Shown in pieces: positions 1 through 9,526 of a stretch of 64,000 bases of DNA. The stretch spans positions 1,884 through 65,883 of the forward strand of contig JAWLFL010000001.1 of assembly GCA_041685605.1 (NCBI GenBank). Direction: 5' to 3'. This stretch comes from Cyclobacterium sp. Its GTDB lineage: Bacteria; Bacteroidota; Bacteroidia; Cytophagales; Cyclobacteriaceae. Positions within the stretch are counted from its first letter, which is position 1; the number at the start of each line of letters is the position of its first letter. The notes beneath the pieces are model-generated. The model was not told the origin of the DNA, searched no databases, and saw nothing but the letters and a program-made list of their open reading frames with translations. A program made the translations under genes and the position numbers.

Positions 1-1266
1 GGGTTGATCTTTGCAGTGGGTGGCGATTTGTCAGGGCATACAGCCGATATAGAGATAGATGCAGATGGAAAATACCTTTTACCGGGCCTGATCGATGATC
101 AGGTTCATTTTCGAGAGCCCGGATTGACCCATAAAGCGGAGATCTACACGGAAAGTAAGGCCGCTGTTGCCGGAGGGATTACCAGCTATATGGAAATGCC
201 CAATACCGTGCCCCAGGCAACCACCCTGGAATTGCTGGAGGATAAATACGATTTGGCCGCCAAAAAGTCACTGGCCAATTACTCGTTTTACCTGGGAGCT
301 ACGAATGATAATATTGATGTGATCAAACAGGTAAACCCGGAAACCATATGTGGGGTAAAGGTTTTTCAGGGCTCTTCCACAGGCAATATGCTGGTGGATA
401 ATCCGGATAGTCTGGAGAAAATTTTTAGGGATAGCCCGGTTTTGATTGCCACGCACAGTGAAAATGATCAGATTATCAAAGACAATCTGGAAAAATATCA
501 AAAAGAATACGGAGAAAATATTCCTCCGCGGTTGCATCCGGACATCCGGTCCTGGAAGGCATGTTATGATGCCTCCAAAACCGTGGTGGATATGGCCCGC
601 ATGTACGGAAGCAAACTCCACATATTGCATATCAGTACAGGAAAAGAAGTACTGCTTTTTGACAAGAACCTGCCGCTGGAGGAAAAAAGAATCACGGCAG
701 AAGCCTGTGTGCACCACTTATGGTTTTCCGATGAAGACTACGAAGCCAAAGGTAATTTTATCAAATGGAACCCGGCTATAAAAACAGCCGAAGACAGGAA
801 GGAAATATTGAATGGAGTGTTAGACGGGCATATCGATGTCATTGCAACGGATCATGCGCCGCACACCCTGGAAGAGAAGTCAAAACCCTACTTGTCGGCC
901 CCGTCAGGCGGGCCTCTGGTCCAACACTGCTTGCCAGCCCTTTTGGAAATGTACCACAAAAACCAGATCAGTCTGGAGCAGATCGTACAAAAAACCAGTC
1001 ATAACGTAGCGATACTTTTTGAGATCGAAAAGCGGGGTTACCTGCGTCCGGGCTACCATGCCGATATGGTGCTGGTGGATTTGGAAGATCCCTGGGAGGT
1101 AAACCGGAAGAACGTTTTGGCTAAATGTGGCTGGTCTCCCTTTGAAGGACAGACCTTTCAGTCGAAAATCACGCATACGATTGTTTCCGGACACCTGGCG
1201 TACGAAAACGGTACATTCTACGAAGACCAACAAGGGCAACGACTGAAATTTTCAAGAAATGTATAG
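1..1266 (+). CDS. pyrC: Dihydroorotase (5' end outside window)
   Basis: Motifs PGLIDDQVHFREPG, MEMPNT, KWNPAIK and ATDHAPH; the ORF runs to the window edge. Confidence 0.92.
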   Translation, partial: GLIFAVGGDLSGHTADIEIDADGKYLLPGLIDDQVHFREPGLTHKAEIYTESKAAVAGGITSYMEMPNTVPQATTLELLEDKYDLAAKKSLANYSFYLGATNDNIDVIKQVNPETICGVKVFQGSSTGNMLVDNPDSLEKIFRDSPVLIATHSENDQIIKDNLEKYQKEYGENIPPRLHPDIRSWKACYDASKTVVDMARMYGSKLHILHISTGKEVLLFDKNLPLEEKRITAEACVHHLWFSDEDYEAKGNFIKWNPAIKTAEDRKEILNGVLDGHIDVIATDHAPHTLEEKSKPYLSAPSGGPLVQHCLPALLEMYHKNQISLEQIVQKTSHNVAILFEIEKRGYLRPGYHADMVLVDLEDPWEVNRKNVLAKCGWSPFEGQTFQSKITHTIVSGHLAYENGTFYEDQQGQRLKFSRNV

Positions 1267-1273
1267 CAATGTA

Positions 1274-1304
1274 TTGCTTGGCTAAAAAAAGCATATTACC
1301 TTTG
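1274..1304 (+). promoter_or_regulatory. Bacteroidota sigma70 promoter for tRNA-His
   Basis: TTG (1274-1276), 20-nt spacer, TACCTTTG (1297-1304); matches the -33/-7 consensus TTG..TAnnTTTG. Confidence 0.75.
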
Positions 1305-1341
1305 CATTCCCATCCGATAAATGCATTGGAAAGGATAAAAT

Positions 1342-1419
1342 GGTGATTGTAGCTCAGCTGGTTAGAGCGCTGGTTTGTGGATCCAGAGGTCGCCGGTTCG
1401 AACCCGGTCTTTCACCCCA
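1342..1419 (+). tRNA. tRNA-His (GTG)
   Basis: G-1 at 1342; D arm AGCTCAGCTGGTTAGAGC; anticodon GTG at 1377-1379; T arm GCCGG-TTCGAAC-CCGGT; C discriminator and encoded CCA at 1417-1419. Confidence 0.95.
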
Positions 1420-1453
1420 AAACCCTCCTTTTAAATCAGGAGGGTTTTTTTTT
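1419..1453 (+). terminator. Intrinsic terminator after tRNA-His
   Basis: AAAACCCTCCT-loop-AGGAGGGTTTT followed by a T run. Confidence 0.85.
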
Positions 1454-1608
1454 AACGCTTGTTTTGACCTTGGAGTATTCCGTTAGGTGCCGCAAAAGGT
1501 GTTTTAGGGTTTGTAAATGAAGGGATGTGTGGATGATTTAAGGGTAGCGTTTGCAACTATGAGTCCGGTATCCAGTTATTTCTACGTGCTGCTAAAGCAA
1601 TAAATTGA

Positions 1609-1624
1609 TGGCATATTCTTTGTT
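1609..1624 (+). promoter_or_regulatory. Putative sigma54-type (-24/-12) promoter
   Basis: TGGCAT-ATTCT-TTGTT has the spacing of TGGCAC-N5-TTGC, with GT instead of GC at -12. Confidence 0.5.
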
Positions 1625-1663
1625 ATAACGGGTATGTATGAATTCAATTAATTTTCAGAAGTC

Positions 1664-1798
1664 ATGTTTACATTATTTCAATCTTCAAAAAAATTTCCTC
1701 AGATCAGGTATGTCAATTTGAATCAGGTGCATTTGTATATGATGAAATTCGAGGAGTCGATCAGGAATTTCGAGGAAATTCAAAAAGAAAGTGCCTGA
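1664..1798 (+). CDS. Small hypothetical protein, 44 aa (not in ORF track)
   Basis: MFTLFQSSKKFPQIRYVNLNQVHLYMMKFEESIRNFEEIQKESA*, lying between a sigma54-like promoter and a terminator. Confidence 0.5.
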   Translation: MFTLFQSSKKFPQIRYVNLNQVHLYMMKFEESIRNFEEIQKESA

Positions 1799-1823
1799 CC
1801 TACAAGTTTATAGGAAAAAATAT

Positions 1824-1848
1824 AAGGGAGTGATTTGCTCCCTTTTTT
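1824..1848 (+). terminator. Intrinsic terminator after small ORF
   Basis: AAGGGAG-TGATTTG-CTCCCTT followed by TTTT. Confidence 0.7.
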
Positions 1849-1976
1849 AGTGCCTTGGAGAAAAGGAAATTTTATTTGGTTTTTTTTTAAACCCTATTTG
1901 CATTAGTTTTTCGACCATTTATTTTTCTTTACAAAGGATTCAAGTATTTTTATAAAAACCACAAACATTTGTTTAA

Positions 1977-3893
1977 ATGAGCTACATACATTTCGATAAG
2001 ACGCAACTCATCAACCTAAATTATTCTTTGGAAAAGGAAATAATCCGTTCCAATCGTTCGGGTTGCTATACGAGTACAACGATTATCGGCTGCAATACCA
2101 GAAAATATCACGGCCTTTTGGTGGCACCTCAGCCCCAGATTGACGGGCAATTGCATGTATTGCTTTCCAACGTGCACGAGACGATTGCTCAAAAAGATGC
2201 CTTATTTAATTTGGGTATCAATAAATATCCTGGCAATTATTACCCTCGTGGCCACAAATACCTGGAAGATTTTGATTCCGAGCCCATTCCCAAACTCAGG
2301 TACCGGGTAGGTGGGGTGGTTTTGGAAAAGGAAATCATCCTGGACTCTACAGCAGACAGGGTCATGGTGAAGTACACGCTAGTGGATGCCTTGATACCTA
2401 CCAAATTGCGAGTCAGTCCCTTTTTGGCTTTCAGAGGTTATCACGGACTTTCCAAGGCCAATACCTACGTTAATAAAAAAATTAAGAAGATAGAAAAAGG
2501 GGTGCAATTCCGGCTTTACGAAGCCTATGACCCCCTTTCATTGCAAATCTCAAAAGAGAATGTTTTTGTACCGGTTCCTGACTGGTTTTACAATATTGAG
2601 TACATCCGGGAGATTGAGCGGGGGTACGACTATCAGGAAGACCTGTACGTTCCCGGTTATTTTGAATTTGAAATCGAAAAAGGGGAATCGGTCATCTTGG
2701 CAGCGGGTTTAAAGGAGGCAAATCCTGAATCCTTACAGGAATCCTTCCAGAAGGAAATCAGCAGAAGAATTCCCAGAGACAATTTTGTAAATTGTTTGAA
2801 GAACTCTGCCGGACAGTTTATAAGCCGGAGAAAAGGAGAAACCCGGGTCATTGCGGGATATCCCTGGTTTGGTTGGTGGGGGAGAGACACCTTTATCGCC
2901 CTACCCGGCCTGACACTGACCCTGGGAGATAAACAGACCTTTTTGGATGTGATGGACTCCATGTCCAAAGATTTAAAAGGGGCCTTGTTTCCAAATGTTG
3001 GTAGTGGGGTAATGACGAATATGAATAGCATCGATGCCCCACTTTGGTATTTCTGGGCCTTGCAGCAATATGTAATCTTCACGGGTGACAAGGAGACGGT
3101 TATTTCCAGATACCTGGAAAAATGCAAGGGAATCATAGATGGATTTACCAGGGGTACGGCTTTTAACATCCATGTTATGGATAACGGGTTACTGTGCGGA
3201 GGAGAGGAAGGAATCGCCCTTACCTGGATGGATGCGGTCACGAAAGACGGTCCGGTGACTCCGAGAATCGGTTGTCCGGTGGAGATCAATGCCTTGTGGT
3301 ACAACGCCTTATTGTTTTTCCACGAACTTTCAGGAGACGAAGGAGCGAAGCGTTTAGCTGATAAGCTGGAAGAATCCTTTGTGGAGACATTTTGGAGCGA
3401 GAAAAAGGGATACCTGGCTGACGTGGTAAATGGAGAAAAAAAGGACTGGTCCATCCGGCCCAACATGGTGTTCGCCACTTCTTTGCCTTACAGCCCTTTA
3501 AGCAACGAACAAAAAGATCATGTGCTGGAAGTGGTCAAGAACAATTTGTTTACGAACCGAGGACTCAGGACGCTGGCACCAAGTGATCCTCTTTATAAAG
3601 GATATTACCAGGGAGATCAGTACGAGCGGGACAATACTTACCACCAGGGAACCGCATGGCCCTGGTTGTTGGGGCACTTTTCGGAAGGGTATTTGAAGCT
3701 GCATGGGAAGCAAGGGAAAAAATTGGTTGAAAACATGATCAGCAGCTTCGATGGGGTGATGACCCAGTACGGTGTCGGCACCATTGCTGAAATATACGAT
3801 GGAGATCCTCCCCACAGACCGAAAGGGGCCATATCACAGGCCTGGAGTGTGGGTGAATTGCTGCGGATGAAATATTTAATCGATAATCTTTAA
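1977..3893 (+). CDS. Glycogen debranching enzyme / amylo-alpha-1,6-glucosidase (GH133-like)
   Basis: N-terminal TRKYHGLL; IAGYPWFGWWGRDTFIALPG, TWMDA, YHQGTAWPW and QAWSVGE motifs. Confidence 0.92.
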   Translation: MSYIHFDKTQLINLNYSLEKEIIRSNRSGCYTSTTIIGCNTRKYHGLLVAPQPQIDGQLHVLLSNVHETIAQKDALFNLGINKYPGNYYPRGHKYLEDFDSEPIPKLRYRVGGVVLEKEIILDSTADRVMVKYTLVDALIPTKLRVSPFLAFRGYHGLSKANTYVNKKIKKIEKGVQFRLYEAYDPLSLQISKENVFVPVPDWFYNIEYIREIERGYDYQEDLYVPGYFEFEIEKGESVILAAGLKEANPESLQESFQKEISRRIPRDNFVNCLKNSAGQFISRRKGETRVIAGYPWFGWWGRDTFIALPGLTLTLGDKQTFLDVMDSMSKDLKGALFPNVGSGVMTNMNSIDAPLWYFWALQQYVIFTGDKETVISRYLEKCKGIIDGFTRGTAFNIHVMDNGLLCGGEEGIALTWMDAVTKDGPVTPRIGCPVEINALWYNALLFFHELSGDEGAKRLADKLEESFVETFWSEKKGYLADVVNGEKKDWSIRPNMVFATSLPYSPLSNEQKDHVLEVVKNNLFTNRGLRTLAPSDPLYKGYYQGDQYERDNTYHQGTAWPWLLGHFSEGYLKLHGKQGKKLVENMISSFDGVMTQYGVGTIAEIYDGDPPHRPKGAISQAWSVGELLRMKYLIDNL

Positions 3894-3904
3894 AAAAGAT
3901 TTTT

Positions 3905-5185
3905 ATGAAAGTTTTAATGTTTGGATGGGAATTTCCTCCTCATATTTCCGGGGGCTTGGGTACTGCCTGCTACGGGTTGGTAAAAGGAATGGCCCACCAC
4001 AAACAAGACCTGATTTTTGTTGTCCCTAAACTATGGGGGGATGAGGATCCGTTGGCTGAATTTGTGAATGCAAGTGATGTGGAAATCGACTACCGGGAAC
4101 GTCGGTTCAGGGATATCTGGAAAAACCTCACCTACCTGGAAGTAAGCTCTTTTTTGATTCCCTACCTCAGTCCGGAAGAATACCACAACCATACCGAACG
4201 ACTGCTTCAAGATCAGGACGAATTGGAATCCAGTGTATTGGCCAATAAGTTTACTTTCAGTGGAAAGTATGGCAAAGATCTAATCCTGGAGGTTTCCCGG
4301 TACGCCCTGGTAGCTGCGCAAATTGCAAAAAACAAAGAGTTTGACCTGATTCATGCCCATGACTGGTTATCCTTTCCCGCAGGAATAGCAGCGAAACAAA
4401 TGAGTGGGAAGCCGCTGATTGCGCATGTACACGCAACAGAATTTGACCGTTCCGGGCAAACCGTAAACCAGCGGGTCTATGATATAGAGCGAGCCGGTAT
4501 GGAAGCAGCGGATAAGATCATCGCCGTGAGCCAGCTCACTAAAAATACCATCGTGTCCAAATACGGAATACCCGAAGAGAAAGTCACCGTGGTACACAAT
4601 GCCGTATTGGACACCAGTATTATCAAGTCCAAGGAAGAGAAAAAAGTCCCCGAGAAAATCGTTACATTCCTGGGACGAATTACCTTTCAAAAGGGGCCTG
4701 AGTACTTTGTAGAAGCGGCTCATAAGGTGATTAAAAAGGATGAAAATGTGCGATTCGTCATGGCCGGTTCCGGGGATTTACTGAATCGAATGATTTTGCG
4801 GGTGGCGGAGTTGCGGATCGGGACCAAGTTTCACTTTACAGGGTTTCTCAAAGGAGACGATGTGGATAAGATGTTTGCGCTCAGTGATGTGTATGTGATG
4901 CCTTCTGTCTCCGAACCCTTCGGTATTTCCCCATTGGAGGCGGTCAGGCACAATACGCCGGTGATCATTTCCAAACAATCCGGCGTGGCGGAAGTACTTC
5001 AAAATGCCGTAAAAGTAGATTTTTGGGACATAGATGCCATGGCAGATGCTATTTTTGCCTTGCTTCATTACAATGGCATTTCCAAAATGTTTAAAGAGAT
5101 GGGAAGGGAAGAGCTGAAAAAGCTCAAGTGGGAGCACGTGGCTAAAAAAGTCATCGATATATACAAGCAAACCGTAAATCAATAG
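3905..5185 (+). CDS. GT4 family glycosyltransferase (glycogen-synthase-like)
   Basis: GWEFPPHISGGLG, HAHDW and EPFGISPLEA motifs. Confidence 0.9.
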   Translation: MKVLMFGWEFPPHISGGLGTACYGLVKGMAHHKQDLIFVVPKLWGDEDPLAEFVNASDVEIDYRERRFRDIWKNLTYLEVSSFLIPYLSPEEYHNHTERLLQDQDELESSVLANKFTFSGKYGKDLILEVSRYALVAAQIAKNKEFDLIHAHDWLSFPAGIAAKQMSGKPLIAHVHATEFDRSGQTVNQRVYDIERAGMEAADKIIAVSQLTKNTIVSKYGIPEEKVTVVHNAVLDTSIIKSKEEKKVPEKIVTFLGRITFQKGPEYFVEAAHKVIKKDENVRFVMAGSGDLLNRMILRVAELRIGTKFHFTGFLKGDDVDKMFALSDVYVMPSVSEPFGISPLEAVRHNTPVIISKQSGVAEVLQNAVKVDFWDIDAMADAIFALLHYNGISKMFKEMGREELKKLKWEHVAKKVIDIYKQTVNQ

Positions 5186-5188
5186 GAT

Positions 5189-6397
5189 ATGAGAACCATT
5201 TGTTTTTACTTTCAAGTACACCAACCTTACAGATTGAAACCCTACCGATTTTTTGAGATTGGGGACGATCATGATTACTGGGATGATTATTCCAATAGAA
5301 ATATCATGAAAAAGGTAGCTAAAAAGTGTTACCTGCCGATGAACCAACTTTTGCTTGAGCTCATTCGAAAATACCAGGGAAAGTTCAAAGTTTGCTTTTC
5401 TATATCCGGGACCATTCTGGACCAAATGGAGGCTTACGTACCGGAAGTTTTGCATAGCTTTCAGGAACTGGTGGCCACGGGTCATGTGGAGTTGCTAAAC
5501 GAAACGTATTCCCACTCCCTCTGTGCCTTGAAAAGTGAATCAGAGTTCAAAGACATGGTACACCTTCACCAGGAGAAAATAAAGCAATATTTCAACGGAT
5601 ATACGCCAAAAGTATTTCGAAATACGGAGTTGATTTATTCAGATAGTATTGGTGAAATGGTGGGTAAAATGGGTTTTGATGGGATCCTTTCTGAAGGAGC
5701 CAAACATATCCTGGGTTGGAAAAGCCCGAATTTTGTCTACGTGAATGCCAACGAACCTAAATTAAAGGTGTTGCTTAAAAACTTCCGTCTGAGCGATGAC
5801 ATTGCCTTTCGGTTTGGGGAAACGAAATGGTCAGATTATCCCCTCACAACAGACAAATTTATGGGCTGGCTAAACCAGGTACCGGCGGAAGATGAGGTGA
5901 TCAACTTGTTTATGGATTACGAAACCTTCGGCGAGCACCAATGGAAAGAAACGGGTATATTTGAATTTATGCGGCACCTTCCCGAGGCTGTCTTCAATCA
6001 GACCAACTTTTCCTTTTCCACTCCTTCAGAAGTAATTGCCAATGCTTCGCCGGTGGGAAAAATTCACGTGCCCATTCCCATTTCCTGGGCAGATGAGGAG
6101 CGGGATCTGACCGCCTGGTTGGGTAACGATCTACAGGACGAGGCATTTGACCGATTATTCGAACTGGAAGGCAGGGTAAAGAAATCCAACGACCCGGCCA
6201 TCCATCGGGATTGGCGCTACCTGCAAACCAGCGATCACTTCTATTATATGTGTACCAAGTTTTTTTCTGATGGGGATATTCATGCTTATTTTAGCCCCTA
6301 CGAAAGCCCTTATGAGGCATTTATAAATTATATGAATGTCTTGAGTGATTTTATTTTAAGGCTCAAACAGGATGAGAAAGATGCTGTCTCGGGTTAA
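5189..6397 (+). CDS. GH57 alpha-amylase
   Basis: HQP, FRNTEL, DYETFGEH and QTSDHFYYM GH57 motifs. Confidence 0.92.
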   Translation: MRTICFYFQVHQPYRLKPYRFFEIGDDHDYWDDYSNRNIMKKVAKKCYLPMNQLLLELIRKYQGKFKVCFSISGTILDQMEAYVPEVLHSFQELVATGHVELLNETYSHSLCALKSESEFKDMVHLHQEKIKQYFNGYTPKVFRNTELIYSDSIGEMVGKMGFDGILSEGAKHILGWKSPNFVYVNANEPKLKVLLKNFRLSDDIAFRFGETKWSDYPLTTDKFMGWLNQVPAEDEVINLFMDYETFGEHQWKETGIFEFMRHLPEAVFNQTNFSFSTPSEVIANASPVGKIHVPIPISWADEERDLTAWLGNDLQDEAFDRLFELEGRVKKSNDPAIHRDWRYLQTSDHFYYMCTKFFSDGDIHAYFSPYESPYEAFINYMNVLSDFILRLKQDEKDAVSG

Positions 6398-6425
6398 TTC
6401 CCAGATCAACATTCGAATTTGAATC

Positions 6426-6488
6426 AAAACCGGGCAATCGCTTTTTCGACCTTCACTGGGTCGGGGATTTGGGTAGCCCGGTTTTTTT
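6426..6488. terminator. Bidirectional terminator between the GH57 gene and sbcC
   Basis: AAAACCGGGC...GCCCGGTTTTTT outer stem with an inner TCGACC/GGTCGG stem, between convergent genes. Confidence 0.65.
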
Positions 6489-9400
6489 TAGCTAAAACTG
6501 TAGCTAACCTGGCTGCCTTTTTCCGGGTCCAGCTCCACCCTGGCATATACCGCAACTTCTTGCTGTAGTTCCTCCACATGGCTGATAATACCGACGATCC
6601 GGTTTTCATGACGAAGGGCTTTTAACGTTTCAAACACCACCCGAAGAGAGTTCCGGTCCAGGGCACCGAAACCCTCATCCAGGAAGAAAAAACTTTGATC
6701 AGCCTGATTAAGGGATTTTACTTTTTCGGCCAGTGCGAGTGCCAGACATAAGGAAGCCTGAAAGGTTTGGCCACCTGAAAGGGTTTTCAACAAACGTTTT
6801 TTGCCCCCGTTCAGAAAATCCGTTACCCAAAATGTATTGTTATCATCTATCTCCAGGCTAAGACTGTTTTTAGTCAGTTTGGAAAAGCGCAGATTGGCTG
6901 TATGGCAGAGTTCTTTCAGGTAAATCCGGCTTACATACTTGACAAAGCCGCTGCCTTTAAATAGCTGGTCGAGTTCTTTGAGATACGACAGACGGGTTTC
7001 CAGTTTACGAAACGTTTGGGTTAATTCCGCTTTCATAACAAGTTTTTCCCGAAGTTCCTGCAAGGATTGATTGAGGAGCGTGAGCTTGTTTTTCATGGCT
7101 TCCAGTTCCTCTTTTTCCTGCAAATGAGAGGCTTTTAGGGCCTCATAAGTTTGATGCTCAAAGTCCGGTACACCCGGTACATTTTCCAATTCCGAAATTC
7201 GAGACCTTACTACGGAACATTTTTTTTCATATTCCCGGATTTGATGGTCGGTCTTGTCAGCATCCATACTGCTGGTAAAAAGGGCCTCCAGTGTTTGTTT
7301 GTCGGAAAAGCCGTATTCCAAAAGTAATTTTTCGTAATCGGCATTCAGCCCGGTCAGTTTTTCGGTACTTCGCTCCTTTTTTTTCTCATAATTGGAAAGG
7401 TTGGCCAGGTTGGTGGCGGCCTTTTCTCTGGTCTCTTTCAATACTTTCTGCTTGCTATCCAGAAAATCGGCCGTTTCCTGGATGTCCTGCTGTACTTTTG
7501 CTATTGTTTGACGGATGATTTCAGCCGATTTTTTCAGATAGGACTGGGCAAATTCCAGGTCTGAGATCTCCTCTTCTTTTGCTTTGATCGTACTTTTGAG
7601 ACTCAAAAGCCGCTCTTCTGCCTTTCTTAATTCATGCTGTATCAGCTCCCGTTGCTTCCGGACCTGTTCCAGATTTTTTCTGCCTTCCCGAATGGTTTTA
7701 TCCAGCGCAGCCTGCTTTTTAACCTTTTCTTCCAGTTGGCTACGTTTGGAGTCCAGCGATTCCGGATCGGTAATGCCTCTTGCTGCGAGCTTTTTTTGAA
7801 GCTGTTCCAGTTGTTGCTGCAGAAGGGTTAGCTCTTCGCTTTTATTCCGGAGTTGGACGGAATGGTTTTCTTCCTTGGTTTTTTGGAGGAGTAACTCCCT
7901 GGCCATCTCCTGCGTTTGGTCTAGCTTTTCCCGGCTGTTTTCCCAGGAGGCTTGAATTTTCGTTAGCGGGTCACCGGAAAGGTGCGCATTCAGGGGATCC
8001 GGGTGCTCCAGGGAGCCGCATAAAGGGCAAGGTTCTCCTTTCTTAAGTGCGTGCGCGTGGTTTTGCAAGGCTTTTTTTTCAATCAACCTTTCCTTTTCCA
8101 ATTCCCATTTTTTAATACCTTCCTTCTGTGCGGCCAGCCACTGCTCATAGTCAGTAAAATCCGATGGAAGGAAAGACAGGAGTTCCTCCACCCGGCTGGT
8201 AAAGGCTCGCGTCTCTTTTTTTAGATTTTCCTCTTGCCCTTTCAAAACCTCTTTTTGCGCCAAAAGTGCCTTCCATTCCTTTGCCTGCTGCTGCAGTTCG
8301 GCCAGTTCTTGATGGTCGCTGGAAAGATCAAAACCTTCGGTTTCCCTGTCCAGCTCCATTAATTGCTTTTCCAGGGATTCCTGCTTTCGGAGCAAATCCT
8401 CCAACTGAGGTTGCATGGATTCCAGCTTGCCCTGAGAAGCTTGAAGTTCTCCGGTGAGGGCTTGAATTTCCAGGACTTTTTGCAAATCCCTGATTTTGGC
8501 TTCTCGCTGAGGCCGTTTGTCTGCTTTTTTCTTCAGGTCGGTCTCTTGCGCTTCCAGGGATTTGATTTGCTCTTTATACGCTTGTTCAAAGCGCTGGCAG
8601 TCAATCGTTCCTACCGTCGCTTCTTCCAGGGCCAGGTTTTCTTCCTTTATTTTTTCCCACACGGGCAATAGGTAGGTTCGGGCCTGAAGGTAGGCTTTTA
8701 GTTCTTTTTTCTTTTTTTCTATATCGGGGAGTTGGTTTTCCAGGGTCTCCCAGGTTTTCCTGGATTGAAGGAGTTCCTGATATTTCTCCCGGAACCCTTC
8801 CATTTGCTGTAATTTTTTACCAGATCTTTCGAAGGATCGCTCTTTATCCCTGACCATCTGCTCGGTTTTTTCCTGTTCGGCTTGTTGTGCTTCAAACAGA
8901 TCCTGACTTAGGTTTTCCAACGGTTCCAGCTTGGTTTCGAGTTTGATCTTTTCCTCTCTGGCTTTTTTATAAAGGGTTCCGGTATTTCCGGAGAGGTCAA
9001 ATCGCTCGAGTCCAAATAATTCCTTCATCATGGCTGCCCGGGGTCCCGGAGTTAGATCAATGAACTCCCGAAACTTTCCCTGTGGAATGATCACCGTTTG
9101 TTTGAAGTGGTCCATTTTCATGCCGAGGATGGCCTCCGCTTTTTCCTCCAGGGGAACCAGTTCCTCCTTTTCTTTCAAGTAAAAATGATGTTCTGCCGGC
9201 CGGATTTCATCGAAATTTTTCGGATTTCTTTTTACCCGGTACCGTGCCAGGTAATGGTTCCTGTTGTTTTTGCCAGCTTTAAATTCAAAACTGATTTGCA
9301 GGGAATCGCTTTGAAGATTGACCATGCTGTTTTTTTCACCTCTATCCGAAAGCCTTTCGGTACTTCCGTACAGTGCCAGTAAGATGGCTTCCAATAAAGA

Positions 9401-9526
9401 TGATTTACCACTCCCCACAGCTCCAAAGATACCAAATAGCCCGGCAGCAGTTAGGGATGTAAAATTGATGGTTTGGGTTTCTTTGTAGGAGTAGAGTCCT
9501 TTTAAGGTGAGTTTTACGGGAATCAT
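6488..9526 (-). CDS. sbcC: SbcC nuclease ATPase subunit (Rad50-like)
   Basis: Walker A GAVGSGKS, long coiled coil, CPLCGS zinc hook, LSGGQ signature, FLDEGFG Walker B. Confidence 0.95.
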   Translation of the reverse strand: MIPVKLTLKGLYSYKETQTINFTSLTAAGLFGIFGAVGSGKSSLLEAILLALYGSTERLSDRGEKNSMVNLQSDSLQISFEFKAGKNNRNHYLARYRVKRNPKNFDEIRPAEHHFYLKEKEELVPLEEKAEAILGMKMDHFKQTVIIPQGKFREFIDLTPGPRAAMMKELFGLERFDLSGNTGTLYKKAREEKIKLETKLEPLENLSQDLFEAQQAEQEKTEQMVRDKERSFERSGKKLQQMEGFREKYQELLQSRKTWETLENQLPDIEKKKKELKAYLQARTYLLPVWEKIKEENLALEEATVGTIDCQRFEQAYKEQIKSLEAQETDLKKKADKRPQREAKIRDLQKVLEIQALTGELQASQGKLESMQPQLEDLLRKQESLEKQLMELDRETEGFDLSSDHQELAELQQQAKEWKALLAQKEVLKGQEENLKKETRAFTSRVEELLSFLPSDFTDYEQWLAAQKEGIKKWELEKERLIEKKALQNHAHALKKGEPCPLCGSLEHPDPLNAHLSGDPLTKIQASWENSREKLDQTQEMARELLLQKTKEENHSVQLRNKSEELTLLQQQLEQLQKKLAARGITDPESLDSKRSQLEEKVKKQAALDKTIREGRKNLEQVRKQRELIQHELRKAEERLLSLKSTIKAKEEEISDLEFAQSYLKKSAEIIRQTIAKVQQDIQETADFLDSKQKVLKETREKAATNLANLSNYEKKKERSTEKLTGLNADYEKLLLEYGFSDKQTLEALFTSSMDADKTDHQIREYEKKCSVVRSRISELENVPGVPDFEHQTYEALKASHLQEKEELEAMKNKLTLLNQSLQELREKLVMKAELTQTFRKLETRLSYLKELDQLFKGSGFVKYVSRIYLKELCHTANLRFSKLTKNSLSLEIDDNNTFWVTDFLNGGKKRLLKTLSGGQTFQASLCLALALAEKVKSLNQADQSFFFLDEGFGALDRNSLRVVFETLKALRHENRIVGIISHVEELQQEVAVYARVELDPEKGSQVSYSFS

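Noticed and set aside
1342-1976. tRNA-His as an island integration site
   Set aside because: No integrase downstream and no duplicated tRNA 3' end noticed in the window.
2657-5485. Long antisense ORFs (273 aa and 235 aa) over the glycogen operon
   Set aside because: They overlap well-supported genes and have no protein-like motifs.
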